Counted from the stretch's first letter, positions 9,709-20,562 are shown. The stretch is 64,000 nt of DNA from Vulcanimicrobiota bacterium (GCA_050250895.1 JBFWNU010000001.1:1544008-1608007); one strand, 5' to 3'. Program-made: numbers and translations. Notes: generated by a model not told the origin, from the sequence alone.

Positions 9709-12246
9709 ATGAGCGACTACCTGCTGCCCGACACTTGCTATCCGGCCTTCGCGCCTCTCATCGATTTAAGCGAGAACGAGTGCGCCAACATTACGGCGCG
9801 AGCCGTGACCGCCTGGTTGGGGCAAAGCCGGCCCGACGCCTGGGGCGCCAGTATGTTCTTGTTCGGGCCGACCCGTCGCATGCTGTTCGAGGCGGGCCTC
9901 TGTCTCGAGTGGGAGAACTGGCAGGACCTCTTCACTCAAGACGAGCGCTGGCACGAGTTGCTGGGCGAGTATCAGGCCGGCTCGCTGGCGACCGACCGGC
10001 GGCTGTATCTGGCTCGACTGCTGATGCACGTGGGGCTTTACCAGGGGGTCTTCGACGTTCTTCACGACCTCGAGGGCAGCGAAGAAGAGCTGGGCTGGGC
10101 GCGTTACTTCCGCTTCCAATCCAGACTGATGGAGGACTGGCACTGTCCGCTGGGCGATTTTGGCGACGGTTGGTTGCCGGCGTTTTCTCCGCGGCTGCGC
10201 TATGAGGTCGGCCTTCTGCTGGCCACCACTGCGGTGCGCGAGCGTGAACCGGCCGAGGTCGAGCGGTGGCTGGCCTGGGTCGAGGCCACCCTGCCCGAGT
10301 TTGACGAGGGTCCCGAGCGTAGCCTGGCTCGAGCCCGTTGGCTCAAGAAGAGGACCGGGCTAGACTCGCTTCGCGGCCAACCGGTCGAAGAGGGCTATCG
10401 GGCCGCCCTGGCCTGCCTCGAGTCCATCGAGGACCCCAATTGGCTCGACCTGGCGGTCGAAACCGAGCGCCGCACCCGGGGCAATTTGACCAGTCTCTAT
10501 CTACGGCGCGAGGACTATGCCAGCGCCGAGCCCGAGTGCTTGCGGGTCAACCAACTGGACCCGTTCTGCTCGATGGGATGGATGTTGCGTGGCCGGGTGG
10601 CCGAAGGCCGCGGGCACCTCGATCAGGCGGGGGCGGCCTATACCCTGGCCGCTCGCTACGGCCCCCTCGAACGAACCTACAGCCTGCATCGCCTGGCGGA
10701 ACTCACCGGCAAAGAACAGGCGATGCTGGTCATGGAGTCCATCGAGGCCGACTTCGCCGATGCCCTGGAAACGGTGGTGGCGGCCCGTCGCCTGGCCGAT
10801 GGGACGCGACTGAGTGCCTGGTTCGAGTCGGTCTTGCCCGACCAGGCCGAAGAGGCGGAAACCCCGCCCTTTCCGCTCTATGTCTCAACCATGCGGGCGC
10901 TGGACCGGGATTCGGTGTTCTTGGGCCGAGTGCGTCGCGGCGAGACCTATCAACGCTTTTTGCCGTATTGGGAGCTGCAGGCTCCGACCCTGCCCCACTC
11001 GCTCTCGGCCCTGATGCCGCTCCAGGTCTATCAGGGGCTGACCGGAGCCAAACCCCCGGGTCAGGTGGGCAGCCTGCAACGGGCTCTGGGAGCCGACTTT
11101 CGCGACGAGCTTCGCACAGCGTGCTATTTTGGCACCGAGAGGGCCCAATCCGACGAGGCCCTGGGTCGCGAGCCCGAATCGTTGCGAGGGTTGGCCCCGC
11201 CAATGGACCACTTTCTCGACCTGCTCGAGGGGTTCGACGACCAGTCGCTCGAGCAAAAAAATCAACTCTGCCGTTTGCTGGCGGCGCTGGGCTTCTATGG
11301 TGAGGCGATTCGTTTGCTGCCTATGCCCGACCCCGAGTGCGATTGGGGGCTGCATGACTGCAACGCGTTTCTCTTGCGGCAGAACTATCGCCACGTGCTG
11401 GTGGCCGAGCAAGCCCGTCAGGGTCGCGACTTTGACTACGTCTTCGCCAAGACCTCGGGCGACCCCGAGTTCTTGCGGCTGCGCTATGGCATCGCCCTGG
11501 CGGCCACCATCCATCACGGCCTGCAGCGCGAGGGTGAAGCCACCTGGAAGTGGCGCGAGATCGCTCAGAACGAACTGGCCAGACTGGCGGCCGAGTCGAG
11601 CCATTCGCCGTTTGCGGTGGGTTTGGCGACGACCCGTTTCTATCGGGCCGCCAGCTTTGCACCGTTCGTCACCAAAGACCTCGACCTGTTGCGCAGCGAC
11701 GCCGAGCAGTGCGAGCAGATCGCCCGCGGATTGGCGGCCGGCGACGCGCACGAAGAGCTGCTGCGGCGCGAGAATATGTTTCCCATGCTCGAGACCTGTT
11801 CGCGCATCTGGGGCTTTCTCAAAGATCATGACCGGGCTGCGGCCATGATGGAAGAGATCGTCGCCGAGGTCGATCCTCTCGATTCGAAGGCCTGGATCCA
11901 GGTCGGCGAGATGCGTGAGAAACGGGGCCAGCTCGAGTCGGCCTATGAGGCTTTCTGCCAGGCCGGCAGGCTGCGGGTTCCACTGGGGGCCGTCGCCTGG
12001 TTTCGGGCCGCTCGTTGCGCCGAGCAACTCGGACGAGAGGACGAGTGTCTGGAATGCCTGCTACGCAGTCTGCGCCACTGTGCTGGGGGTACCTCGGCCT
12101 TGCTGGGGGTGCTGGAATTGGCCCGCCGACGCCACGACTCGTATTTGGTCAACTGGTCCCGACTGGCCCTGGAAGGCTTGAGCGAGCGTCCCGAGCTGGT
12201 CGAACCCGAGCGAGGTTGGGTGGAGCAGGCGCTGGCGGCCCAATGA
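9709..12246 (+). CDS. Large TPR-like alpha-helical protein with two homologous halves
   Basis: 845 aa; TPR segments (DPFCSMGWMLRG / DPLDSKAWIQVG) and duplicated motifs. Confidence 0.75.
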   Translation: MSDYLLPDTCYPAFAPLIDLSENECANITARAVTAWLGQSRPDAWGASMFLFGPTRRMLFEAGLCLEWENWQDLFTQDERWHELLGEYQAGSLATDRRLYLARLLMHVGLYQGVFDVLHDLEGSEEELGWARYFRFQSRLMEDWHCPLGDFGDGWLPAFSPRLRYEVGLLLATTAVREREPAEVERWLAWVEATLPEFDEGPERSLARARWLKKRTGLDSLRGQPVEEGYRAALACLESIEDPNWLDLAVETERRTRGNLTSLYLRREDYASAEPECLRVNQLDPFCSMGWMLRGRVAEGRGHLDQAGAAYTLAARYGPLERTYSLHRLAELTGKEQAMLVMESIEADFADALETVVAARRLADGTRLSAWFESVLPDQAEEAETPPFPLYVSTMRALDRDSVFLGRVRRGETYQRFLPYWELQAPTLPHSLSALMPLQVYQGLTGAKPPGQVGSLQRALGADFRDELRTACYFGTERAQSDEALGREPESLRGLAPPMDHFLDLLEGFDDQSLEQKNQLCRLLAALGFYGEAIRLLPMPDPECDWGLHDCNAFLLRQNYRHVLVAEQARQGRDFDYVFAKTSGDPEFLRLRYGIALAATIHHGLQREGEATWKWREIAQNELARLAAESSHSPFAVGLATTRFYRAASFAPFVTKDLDLLRSDAEQCEQIARGLAAGDAHEELLRRENMFPMLETCSRIWGFLKDHDRAAAMMEEIVAEVDPLDSKAWIQVGEMREKRGQLESAYEAFCQAGRLRVPLGAVAWFRAARCAEQLGREDECLECLLRSLRHCAGGTSALLGVLELARRRHDSYLVNWSRLALEGLSERPELVEPERGWVEQALAAQ

Positions 12247-12272
12247 AAATCGGGCCGGAAATCCCGGCCCGA
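12246..12272 (-). terminator. Intrinsic terminator between the convergent TPR and peptide genes
   Basis: TCGGGCCGG-aaatc-CCGGCCCGA 9-bp stem with a T4 tail on the minus strand. Confidence 0.7.
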
Positions 12273-12293
12273 GGAAAGTTCTTGTCTTTGAGT

Positions 12294-12572
12294 TTAGGTG
12301 CCGACGTGATCGTCGTCGATGAAGACGGTAGCGCGGCTGGCCGTGTTGAGCCCGGCAAAGCTCTCGGTCAGAGCGCTGGCAAGCTTACCCCCGCTGGCCG
12401 AGGGTTTTTCGCTGGCCTGGGGCGCGTTGGGGGTCGAAGCGGGTTTGTTGGGGGCGCTCGGCTTCGGCTTGTTGGTGTTGCTATTGGTGCCGGTGGGCTT
12501 GGGCTTGCTCGTGGCCGGTTTGGTGTTACGACTGGGGCGGCTGGCCGAGCCGGAAACTTTGGAAATAGCCAT
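12294..12572 (-). CDS. 92-aa peptide: K/P/S/N-rich N-terminus, acidic C-terminus (VFIDDDHVGT)
   Basis: GAGGAG RBS upstream of the ATG; terminator downstream. Confidence 0.7.
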   Translation of the reverse strand: MAISKVSGSASRPSRNTKPATSKPKPTGTNSNTNKPKPSAPNKPASTPNAPQASEKPSASGGKLASALTESFAGLNTASRATVFIDDDHVGT

Positions 12573-12700
12573 TGTTAGTGAGTCTCCTCGTGCTGTGGTT
12601 GATACCTTCTGGTTGATAGCAGGATACTCCGGGTTTCTTGGGGCGGGGTTTGGACTGGGACCCGGGAGTTATGAACTGGCTGTAAATTTTTTGGCGAACT

Positions 12701-15700
12701 CTAGGGCAGGCAGCGCAAGGGGGTCATATAGACGTTGAGCTGGCCGCTATCGCCTGCCCGCAGGTTATTGGCAAAGGATACGAAGGCTAGAAACCGGCCG
12801 TCGTAGGACAGGGTCGAGCAGAAGGTGTTGTCTTCGGGGAAGCCCCCGGCAGCCGAAAAGACGGCTTGCGACAGGGTGCCCGCGGTGCGGTCGTAGAGAT
12901 AAGGAATGCAGTCACCAGTGGCCCCGGTCACCAGGGTCGTGGCGTCGGTTTCGAAAGCCACCAGACCTCCGTCCGAGGACACATTAGGGTTGAGGCAGTC
13001 GCTGTCGGGCTCAACGCCTGCGTCCGAGAGGCTGACTCGGGTGGTGGTGCCGCTGGCCACTTCGACCAGATAGATGTCGGTGACGGCGTTGGTGTCGCCA
13101 CTGACCAGGTTGGTGGCCTCGGATTCGAAAGCCACGAAGGCTCCGTCTTTGGAGATACGGGGGTGGTTTGATAGTCCGTCAGGGTCGCCCCCACCGGACG
13201 CTTCACTGATGCGGGTGGTGACTCCGGTGGTTCGGTTGTAGAGGAAGATATCTTTGAGGGCGTTGCCGTCGGTGGTGCTCAAGAGGTTGGTGGCTTCAGA
13301 ATCGAACACGACCAGGTTACCATCCTCCGAGATATCGGAGTTGGTCGAGCGTCCGTCGCTATCTCCACCGCCATCGGCCACACTGACCCGTTCGATGGTG
13401 TCGTTGAGCCGGTCATAAACGAAGCAATCCTGAAAGCCATTGCCGTCACCGCTCACCAGATTGGTGGCTTCGGACTCGAAGGTGACGTAGCGGCCATCCG
13501 GCGTGATGCGGGCGTCTGAAGAGCGACCGTCGGCATCGCCACCGCTGGTGTTGACGGTGATGCGGCGGGTGGTCTGGTTGACCCGGTCATAGAGAAAGAT
13601 GTCTTGCTCGCCGTTGGCGTCACCGCTGACCAGGTCGGAGGCGTCCGATTCATAGACGATATAGCGACCATCGCCCGAAATGACCGGCACGTCACTGTCT
13701 CCGTTGGGATCGCCGCCGCCGGTGTCGAGGCTGATGCGCTGGTTGGTGTTGGTCTTGAAGTCGTAGAGATAGACATCATAAGCGTCATTGCCGACTCCGC
13801 CGGTGAGGTCGGTGGCCAGCGAGATAAAGACTAGAAAGCGTCCGTCCGAAGAGAGCGCCGGCCAGTCCGACTCGTCGTCAGGTTCGTCGCCGGCCGTGGT
13901 GGTGCTGCCGCGCAGGTTGATATGGTCGACCACGGTGGCCGTGAGCAACGGTCGAGTGCCGGTGACCTTTTCCACCGCCGACAGGTCGACCGAACCGGTC
14001 GAGACGCCGGTCACCCGCCCCACCGTCGAGACGGTGGCCACGCTGGTGGTGGCGCTGAACCAATCCCGCAAGAAGCGCCGAATATCGAGGGTCAGGCCGT
14101 TACTGAAGACGCCCGGAGCGGCCAGTTCGCACTCCATAGCGGTGAGCAGGCCGACTTCTTCCTCCAGGCTGATGCTCTCAAGCTGGGGGCCCACCCCATA
14201 ACCCCAGGCCGGCAACACGGGACTGGCCACCGCCAGCCCCGCCAGGCTGGCGCCGGTGCCGCCGGTGGGCACCACCTCGAGGGTGGTGAGAGCACCGGTG
14301 GTGGCGTTGAGGTCAAAAGAATAGATCTGATCGGTGGCCTGGCCGGTGACGTAGAGGAAGGCTCCGCTGGGATCGACCACCAGGCGGGCCGGAGCAGCGT
14401 TAGTGGACGAATCCACCGTGAAAGCCGTGGAGAGACCCAGGGTCTTGTCGGCGTTGACGGCAAAGCGGTGAATGGAGTTGGTGGCATTGATGGAATAGAC
14501 GAAGCCGCCTCGGGGCTCGACCACCACGTCGCGCACTCCGCCGCTGCTGACCACTTGACTGCCCAGCGAAATCAGGGCTCCGGTCGTGGCCTCGATCGAG
14601 AAGGCTTCGACGGTGCCGGTGCCGCCTCCGTTGCAGCCCACATAGATGGCGTCGCCGTCAGGATGCACGGCCAGGGCCACCGGCTGATTGATGGCGGTGG
14701 CGAAGGGCGAGCCCGGTACTTCGCTCAGGCTGCCGGCATCGCTCATCGAGAAGGCGCTGACCGTCTGGTCGGTCTGGTTACAGACAAAAACATAACAGCC
14801 TTCGGCTCCGTAGGCGATGCGAGCCGCCCCGCTGCCGGCCGCGCCGCTGGAGGGATTGGTGCGGCTGAAGGTGCCGGTGGAAGGGTCGATGATGAAGCCT
14901 TCGATGCCGCCCTGGTCGTTGAGGGCGTGGGCGAAGCGACCGCTCGGGTCGGCGCCGCAACCACGGCCAGTCCGCTCTCGGGCGAGGTGCTCTCGGCCTG
15001 AGTCAGGCTGCCGCTGCTGAGGTCGATCTGAAAGTTCTTGAAGAGGCTGGTGGAAAGATTGGTCACCTCGAGGAAGGTGCCGCGCGGGTTGACGGCCAGT
15101 TCGGTGGGACCGTCACCGGTCAGACTGAGGTTGGTTCCGGGGGTCAGAGTCCCATCGTTGTTGAGGCTGTAGACATAGATCACTTCGCTGGCCGGGTCCG
15201 CGGCATACAGAAAGTTGGGAGTCTCGGGAAAGCTGCCGCTGGCCAGGCTGATGGTGTGGCCGGAGAGGTCTCGCAGATAGAGGTCGTCGTCATGGGTCGT
15301 GTCGCTGGTGTCGAGATTGCTGGCCGTCGAGCGAATGGCGGCTCCCACACCGTCATAGTGGACGGCCACCATGTCGGTATCGCTGTCGCCCTTGGTGCCG
15401 GCCACTCCATTCGCCCGACTGAGCAAGGTGACCGTGCCGCTGTCGTAGAGGTAGGCGTCGGGGGTGGTGTCGGTGTCGTCGGGGTCTAGATTGGTGGCGA
15501 TCGAGGCGAAGACTACCTGGCCGCTCTCGTCGATGGAGTTGAAGGCCGAATGTCCGTTGCCTTCGTTGCCCGACGAGTCGACACTTACCCGGGTGGTGGT
15601 GCCGGCGTTGACATCGCGCACGAAGACGTCGTAGGCATCGTTGGTGTCGCCGGCCACCAGGTCGGTGGCTCGAGAAAGGAAGGAAACCAGCGGCGTGGCT

Positions 15701-16692
15701 TCGGTGCCACCGAGGATGGGGCACTGGCTGTGGGAGTCTCCGGCGGTGCTGGTGCCGTCGATGGCGCTCACCAGGGTGGTGGTGGAAAGAGTCGTGTCGC
15801 GGACATAGATTTGGCGGCTGCCGTTGGCGTTGGGAAGGGCGTTGTCGGCGCTCGAAAAGACCACGAAGCGGCCGTTCTCGGAGATGGTCGGATCGTTGGA
15901 GGAGGCGGCCACTAACTGGGCTCCGCTGTTATCGAGGCTGACCCGTTCCGTGACGCCGGTCTGCAAATCGTGGCGGAAGACATCGATCAAGCCGTTGGTG
16001 TCGTTGGCCACCAGATTGCCGGCTTCCGAGGCATAGACGACGTAGCGGCCGTCGGCCGAGAGCTGGGGTACGTACGAGTCTTCGTCGGCTTCGGTTCCCG
16101 AGGAGTCGACACTGACGCGCGTGGTGGTGCCGGTCTCAAGGTCGCGCACGAAGATGTCGAACGAACTATTGCCGTCGCCATCAACCAGGTTGGTCGAACT
16201 CGAGCGAAACGCCACGTAGCGACCGTCTCGCGAGATGGTGGCTTCGTGGCTGTTGCCGTTGGCCTGGGCGTTGCCGGGGCCCAGGCTGACCCGGGTGAGG
16301 CACCCGGACTTGTAGTCGCGCAGATAGATGTCGTCTTTGTCGTTGCTGTCGCCCGGAATGAGTGCTTCGCCGGAATGGAAGACGAAGTAGCGGATGCCGC
16401 TGAAGTCGTCACCGTCGGCGGTGCAAGGATGCTTGAGGCTGGCCGCGCCCCGGTTGACGCCGCGCCCGATGAACTCACGAGCCGCCTGATCGTCATCCTC
16501 GGCAAGGAGGTGCCCCAGAGTATCGTCATCCTCGACCACGGGTAAGGGGTTGGCCACGGTCGGGCCGCCCGGGGCGCTCACCGCGGCCAGTCCGGTCGCT
16601 GGTCCACCTCCGGTCTCGTTAGTGCCGACCGAGATCGGTCCATTGCATCCCCACAACAGGGTCAGGATCACAAGAGAAATCAGTCTTTTCAC
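12701..16692 (-). pseudogene. Large lipoprotein (TolB/PD40 propeller, lactonase-like propeller, Ig-like segment, PD40 propeller) interrupted by a frameshift near 14955
   Basis: AGGAG RBS, GTG start, lipobox LWGC; repeats ISxDGRYVxF.S.A.NLV.GD.N; the propeller sequence continues in another frame (ADPSGRFAHALN...SAFSMSDAG). Confidence 0.8.
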
Positions 16693-16700
16693 GGGAACTC

Positions 16701-17174
16701 CTAAACTGGGGTGCAGGGACACGAGGTCAGGTCAAGGTCGGCTGCGGCTCGACAACGACAGTCGGGGTCGGTGGCCGAAGGGCCGCAGGTGCGGGTGCCA
16801 AAGATGCCGTCGCAGAGCGTGCCGCAGAAGCCACCGGCTTCACACTCGTCGTCGGTGATCAAAGATTGCGCCAGGGCCGGCAAGGGGGCCAGCACCGAGG
16901 TCACGGCCACGCCGGCGGCGGCTAACAGGGCGCGGCGGCCGGGATCGGGCGAAGTGGGCGGACTTGCGAGCAACCCCAGTTGGGCAAGGTCGGCCAGGAT
17001 CGCTTGCTCGACCTCGTTGGGCTGTTCGAGTTGGCCCTGCTGGCAGGCTTCAAAGCAGGCCCGGGCCGGACCGCTCAGCTCGAAGGCTCGGGTCTGGGCG
17101 GGATCGTAGATCAACAACGATTGGCCCACGGGTTGACAGATGAGCTCCCCGACCGGAGAGAAAAAGCCACTCAT
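16701..17174 (-). CDS. PqqD/RRE-like domain fused to a Tat-like leader and a Cys-rich core (putative RiPP precursor fusion)
   Basis: LLIYDPAQTRAFELSGPARACFEAC..LAQLGLL; GRRALL..VTSVLAPLPALAQS; 8 Cys in the last ~50 aa. Confidence 0.7.
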   Translation of the reverse strand: MSGFFSPVGELICQPVGQSLLIYDPAQTRAFELSGPARACFEACQQGQLEQPNEVEQAILADLAQLGLLASPPTSPDPGRRALLAAAGVAVTSVLAPLPALAQSLITDDECEAGGFCGTLCDGIFGTRTCGPSATDPDCRCRAAADLDLTSCPCTPV

Positions 17175-17242
17175 AGTTGTCGATGCTAGACGGCAACTGT
17201 GACGGAACCTAAGGCAAATGTAAAAGAAGTGTGTGTGAAGTT

Positions 17243-19117
17243 TTAGCGCCTTTTATGACGGGCGATGAGAGCTCGGGTCTTCATCTCGTCTGCTTCTGGC
17301 CCCCGGCGCAGAGCCTGGTAGACTTCGGCCAGAAAGGCGTAGAGTTCGGAGTCCTCCACGCCGGCTTTATCGGCCGCCTCCAGGGCCATACGGGCCAGTT
17401 TGGCCGTGGTCTCGAGGTCGCCGGCGGCGAACTCTTCGCGGGCCCGCATCAAGGCTGCCCGCCACAGGACATCCTCCACGTCTTCGGCCCGAGTCAAGGC
17501 GGCCAGGGCCTCTTTGAGGGTGCGCGCACACGACTTCTTGAGCCTTTGGCGCAGGTCGACCACGAGCATCAGGTGACGTCCGAGTAGGGCCGAGTCGTCG
17601 AGTCGACGAGCGTGGGTGAGAGCTTCCTCGAGCAGTTCGAGGGCCTCGACATCGGCCAGCGACCCGGCCTGCTCTTGAGTTTGGCGCACCAGCTTGGTGA
17701 GCAGCCGTTCGGCTTCCTGGCGGTTGCCACTGGTGTGATGCAGGTTGGCCAGCCGGCGCATCGACTCGAGATCGACGCTCTGCATCTCGAGACTCTTGAG
17801 ATAGCACTCCTCGACCATGACCTGAAAGGTCGGGCCCACTGGACCCCGATAGTGGCGCAGCTCGCTCAGCAGCGGCAAGCACTTGACTTGCTCGCTTTCG
17901 GGCAGCTGCGTAAAGCGCTCGACGACCTCGCGGGCCAGGCTCGAGATGTAGGTCTCGAGACGCGGCTGGAGCTTGTCGCGGGCCAGCGAAGGGAAAGGCC
18001 CGGGGGCCGAGATCACCACGGCCGCTTGCAGTTCGAGTTCGACCGGGGCTTTATTGGGACGGCCATTGATGATCAGGGTGATTCCCTTGAGGTCGGCCCG
18101 TTGGGGGTGCAGTCCGATTTCAATGGTGAAAGGGTCGACATGGCTCTCTGAGTGGGCCACCACGGCCGCCGCCGGGGCTTCGATGGCTACGCCTTCGGGG
18201 CAGACCGCTTTCCAGGCCAGACAAGAGCCGATGGCCGAAGGCACCGCCTCGGTGTCGAGCAGGACCGAGGTCTCTTCGGTGAGTTGACCGGTGGCCGGGC
18301 CCTCCATCGAGAGCGCTTTGCGCACCTGGTGGATATTGCGATAGCGTCCGTCCTTGCGGATGGACATCATCTTCAGGAGGGCGCGCTCGAGTCGGGCCGG
18401 GATGGCGGGGTTGATGGTGCGAGGCGATTTCAAGCTTTCGACCCCGGCCACGATAGCCACCACCGGGGGCGGGATCTCCCGGGTCAGCAGGGTGTAGAGG
18501 GTGGCTCCCAGAGAGAAGATGTCGCTGCGAGGGTCGGTGCCCTCCCCGCCGTACTGCTCCAGGGGTGCATAGCCGGCCGAGCCCATCCCCCGAATGTAAG
18601 TTTGGGTCTGAGTCTCATCCTGAAAGACCCGGGCGATGCCGAAGTCGATCAGACGGAGCTTCTCGCTGCGGTCGATCATCACGTTGCTGGGCTTGAGATC
18701 GCGAAAGATGATCGGAGGGTCCTGGGCATGCAGATAGTCCAGCGCATCGCACAGCTGGTTGGCCCAACCCAGCACGCGTTCGACGGCAAAAAAGGTGGGA
18801 ACTTTGTCCACTGCTTGCTTGAGGGTCAAGCCGTCGATGAAAGGCATCACCAGATACTGGCTGTCGCCCTCTTCGAAGTAGTCGAGCACCTGGACCAGTC
18901 CCGGGTGCTCGAGCGAGACCAACAGTTGGGCCTCGTGGCGAAACTGGTCCACGGCTTGCTCGCGCTCTTCGGCCCGGCTGGGGGGCACCATCAGCTCTTT
19001 GACGGCCACCATCGAGCCAACCCAGGTACGTGCCAGATAGACCGCTCCCATGCCCCCGCGGCCGATTACCTTCATGACATGGTACTTCCTAGCGAGAACC
19101 GTCCCGGCAGCCAGCAC
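17243..19117 (-). CDS. Ser/Thr protein kinase with a C-terminal helical/TPR-like region
   Basis: GRGGMG, VAVKE, FRDLKPSN, DFG, YAPLEQ. Confidence 0.9.
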   Translation of the reverse strand: MLAAGTVLARKYHVMKVIGRGGMGAVYLARTWVGSMVAVKELMVPPSRAEEREQAVDQFRHEAQLLVSLEHPGLVQVLDYFEEGDSQYLVMPFIDGLTLKQAVDKVPTFFAVERVLGWANQLCDALDYLHAQDPPIIFRDLKPSNVMIDRSEKLRLIDFGIARVFQDETQTQTYIRGMGSAGYAPLEQYGGEGTDPRSDIFSLGATLYTLLTREIPPPVVAIVAGVESLKSPRTINPAIPARLERALLKMMSIRKDGRYRNIHQVRKALSMEGPATGQLTEETSVLLDTEAVPSAIGSCLAWKAVCPEGVAIEAPAAAVVAHSESHVDPFTIEIGLHPQRADLKGITLIINGRPNKAPVELELQAAVVISAPGPFPSLARDKLQPRLETYISSLAREVVERFTQLPESEQVKCLPLLSELRHYRGPVGPTFQVMVEECYLKSLEMQSVDLESMRRLANLHHTSGNRQEAERLLTKLVRQTQEQAGSLADVEALELLEEALTHARRLDDSALLGRHLMLVVDLRQRLKKSCARTLKEALAALTRAEDVEDVLWRAALMRAREEFAAGDLETTAKLARMALEAADKAGVEDSELYAFLAEVYQALRRGPEADEMKTRALIARHKRR

Positions 19118-19141
19118 CTGCCTAACTTTCTCGTTGGCTCA

Positions 19142-19936
19142 TCAAGTCCTACCGATCTCGGTGGCGGTCAGGAAATCATGCAGCAGGCCAGCCACTCGCC
19201 CGGCTACGTCAAATCGACCCAGATCGACAAAATCCATATGTCCGACCTCGGCTAGCACCACGCATCTGGCATCGGGCAACAGGTCGGCCAGACGGATGCG
19301 ATCCTGGTAGCGGGTGCCGTCAGAGGTGTGGTCGCGGCTGCCAGTCATCAGCAAAGTCGGGACGTGCAACTCGCCGAAGGCCTCGGGTCGGAAAAGGCGA
19401 CCCGGCGCCTGAAAGGACAACGCCGCCACCGCTCGCACCCGCTCGTCCCGAAAGTGATAGCGGCGGCCCTCGATCTCGACCGGTACGCCGGCCACGGCTA
19501 GAGCCGCATAGGCGCCCAAGGAGTGGCCGGCCACCGCCAGCCGTTCGACTCCGAAGGCCTGCTGCAGGCGCCCGATTAGCCAGCCAAGATCCACCGGCCG
19601 GTCACGCATGCTAGGCGGGCTGTGAACCTTGCGGCCCAGGGCGGGCCCCGGGCGCAAGAGTCGCTCGGGCAAGAGGCGAACGGCCGCGGGACGGTCGCTG
19701 CCGGGGTGTTCCACCATCGCTACTGCCCAGCCCAGCGAGCGTAAAGCGAGGGCCAGGCGGGAATAATCCAGCAGACTGCCGCCAAATCCGCTCGAGAAGA
19801 CCAACCAACCGCGCGGGTCGCCAGGCAGATACAACGCGCAACCAAGGCGGCGAGAGCGGCTCGGGTCGTGACACTCCCAGACCGTGTCGGGAGCGTGGCG
19901 GCTGGTGTAGCCAAGCCAGTTTAGCAGTTTATGCAA
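19142..19936 (-). CDS. Alpha/beta hydrolase
   Basis: GHSLG nucleophile elbow, TGSRD, GHMDF. Confidence 0.85.
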   Translation of the reverse strand: MHKLLNWLGYTSRHAPDTVWECHDPSRSRRLGCALYLPGDPRGWLVFSSGFGGSLLDYSRLALALRSLGWAVAMVEHPGSDRPAAVRLLPERLLRPGPALGRKVHSPPSMRDRPVDLGWLIGRLQQAFGVERLAVAGHSLGAYAALAVAGVPVEIEGRRYHFRDERVRAVAALSFQAPGRLFRPEAFGELHVPTLLMTGSRDHTSDGTRYQDRIRLADLLPDARCVVLAEVGHMDFVDLGRFDVAGRVAGLLHDFLTATEIGRT

Positions 19937-19989
19937 GCAGGGCTTCCAATTCGTTTCGCGAAAGCGGGGGCGCTTCGAGAGATATCAAT

Positions 19990-20562
19990 ATGCAGATTTT
20001 CTACTTTCTGGTCGCATTTCTTTTCGCCGTTTGTCTGGGCAGCATCATCGAGTGGTTCGTCCACAAGGACCTGATGCATAGCATCCGCTTCATGCGCACG
20101 CCTCACCAGCGCCACGCCGTCGAGCATCATGCCGAGCGTCGAGCTCCGGGCAAATACTACGCTAAGGCAGACGAACTCAAGGAATACCATCTCTTCGAGA
20201 CCTCGTTCATGCCGCTGCTGTGGATCCTGCATTCCCCCGTCTTTGCGGGTGCCTACTATCTGTTCGGTCTGGCGGCCGCCATCGGGGTGGCAGCGGGCAC
20301 GGCCTTTTACGTCTTCGGTTATGAAACGCTGCACTGGTATATGCACTGTCCCGACGACTTCATCTTTCGGGATTCACGCTGGTTCCAGTTTCTTTCGGAG
20401 CATCACCGACTGCATCACAACAAGTCCGACATCAACTATAACGTGGTGTTACCCCTGGGTGACCTGCTCCTGGGCACTTTTGTGACCAGCCATTCAATCA
20501 AGCGGGAGCCAGAGGACATCCGTCGAAATGCTCCGCTTCCGCCTCAAGACGCGATGCGGTAG
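19990..20562 (+). CDS. Fatty acid hydroxylase/sterol desaturase family membrane protein
   Basis: His boxes HKDLMH, HAVEHH, HWYMH, HHRLHH. Confidence 0.85.
   Translation: MQIFYFLVAFLFAVCLGSIIEWFVHKDLMHSIRFMRTPHQRHAVEHHAERRAPGKYYAKADELKEYHLFETSFMPLLWILHSPVFAGAYYLFGLAAAIGVAAGTAFYVFGYETLHWYMHCPDDFIFRDSRWFQFLSEHHRLHHNKSDINYNVVLPLGDLLLGTFVTSHSIKREPEDIRRNAPLPPQDAMR

Noticed and set aside
12319-12738. Plus-strand hydrophobic 139-aa ORF
   Set aside because: Antisense of the K/P/N-rich peptide, which has the RBS and terminator
12701-16400. Repeated DNA as mobile or diversity-generating repeats
   Set aside because: Explained by PD40/TolB protein repeats; no reverse transcriptase or near-identical TR/VR pair seen
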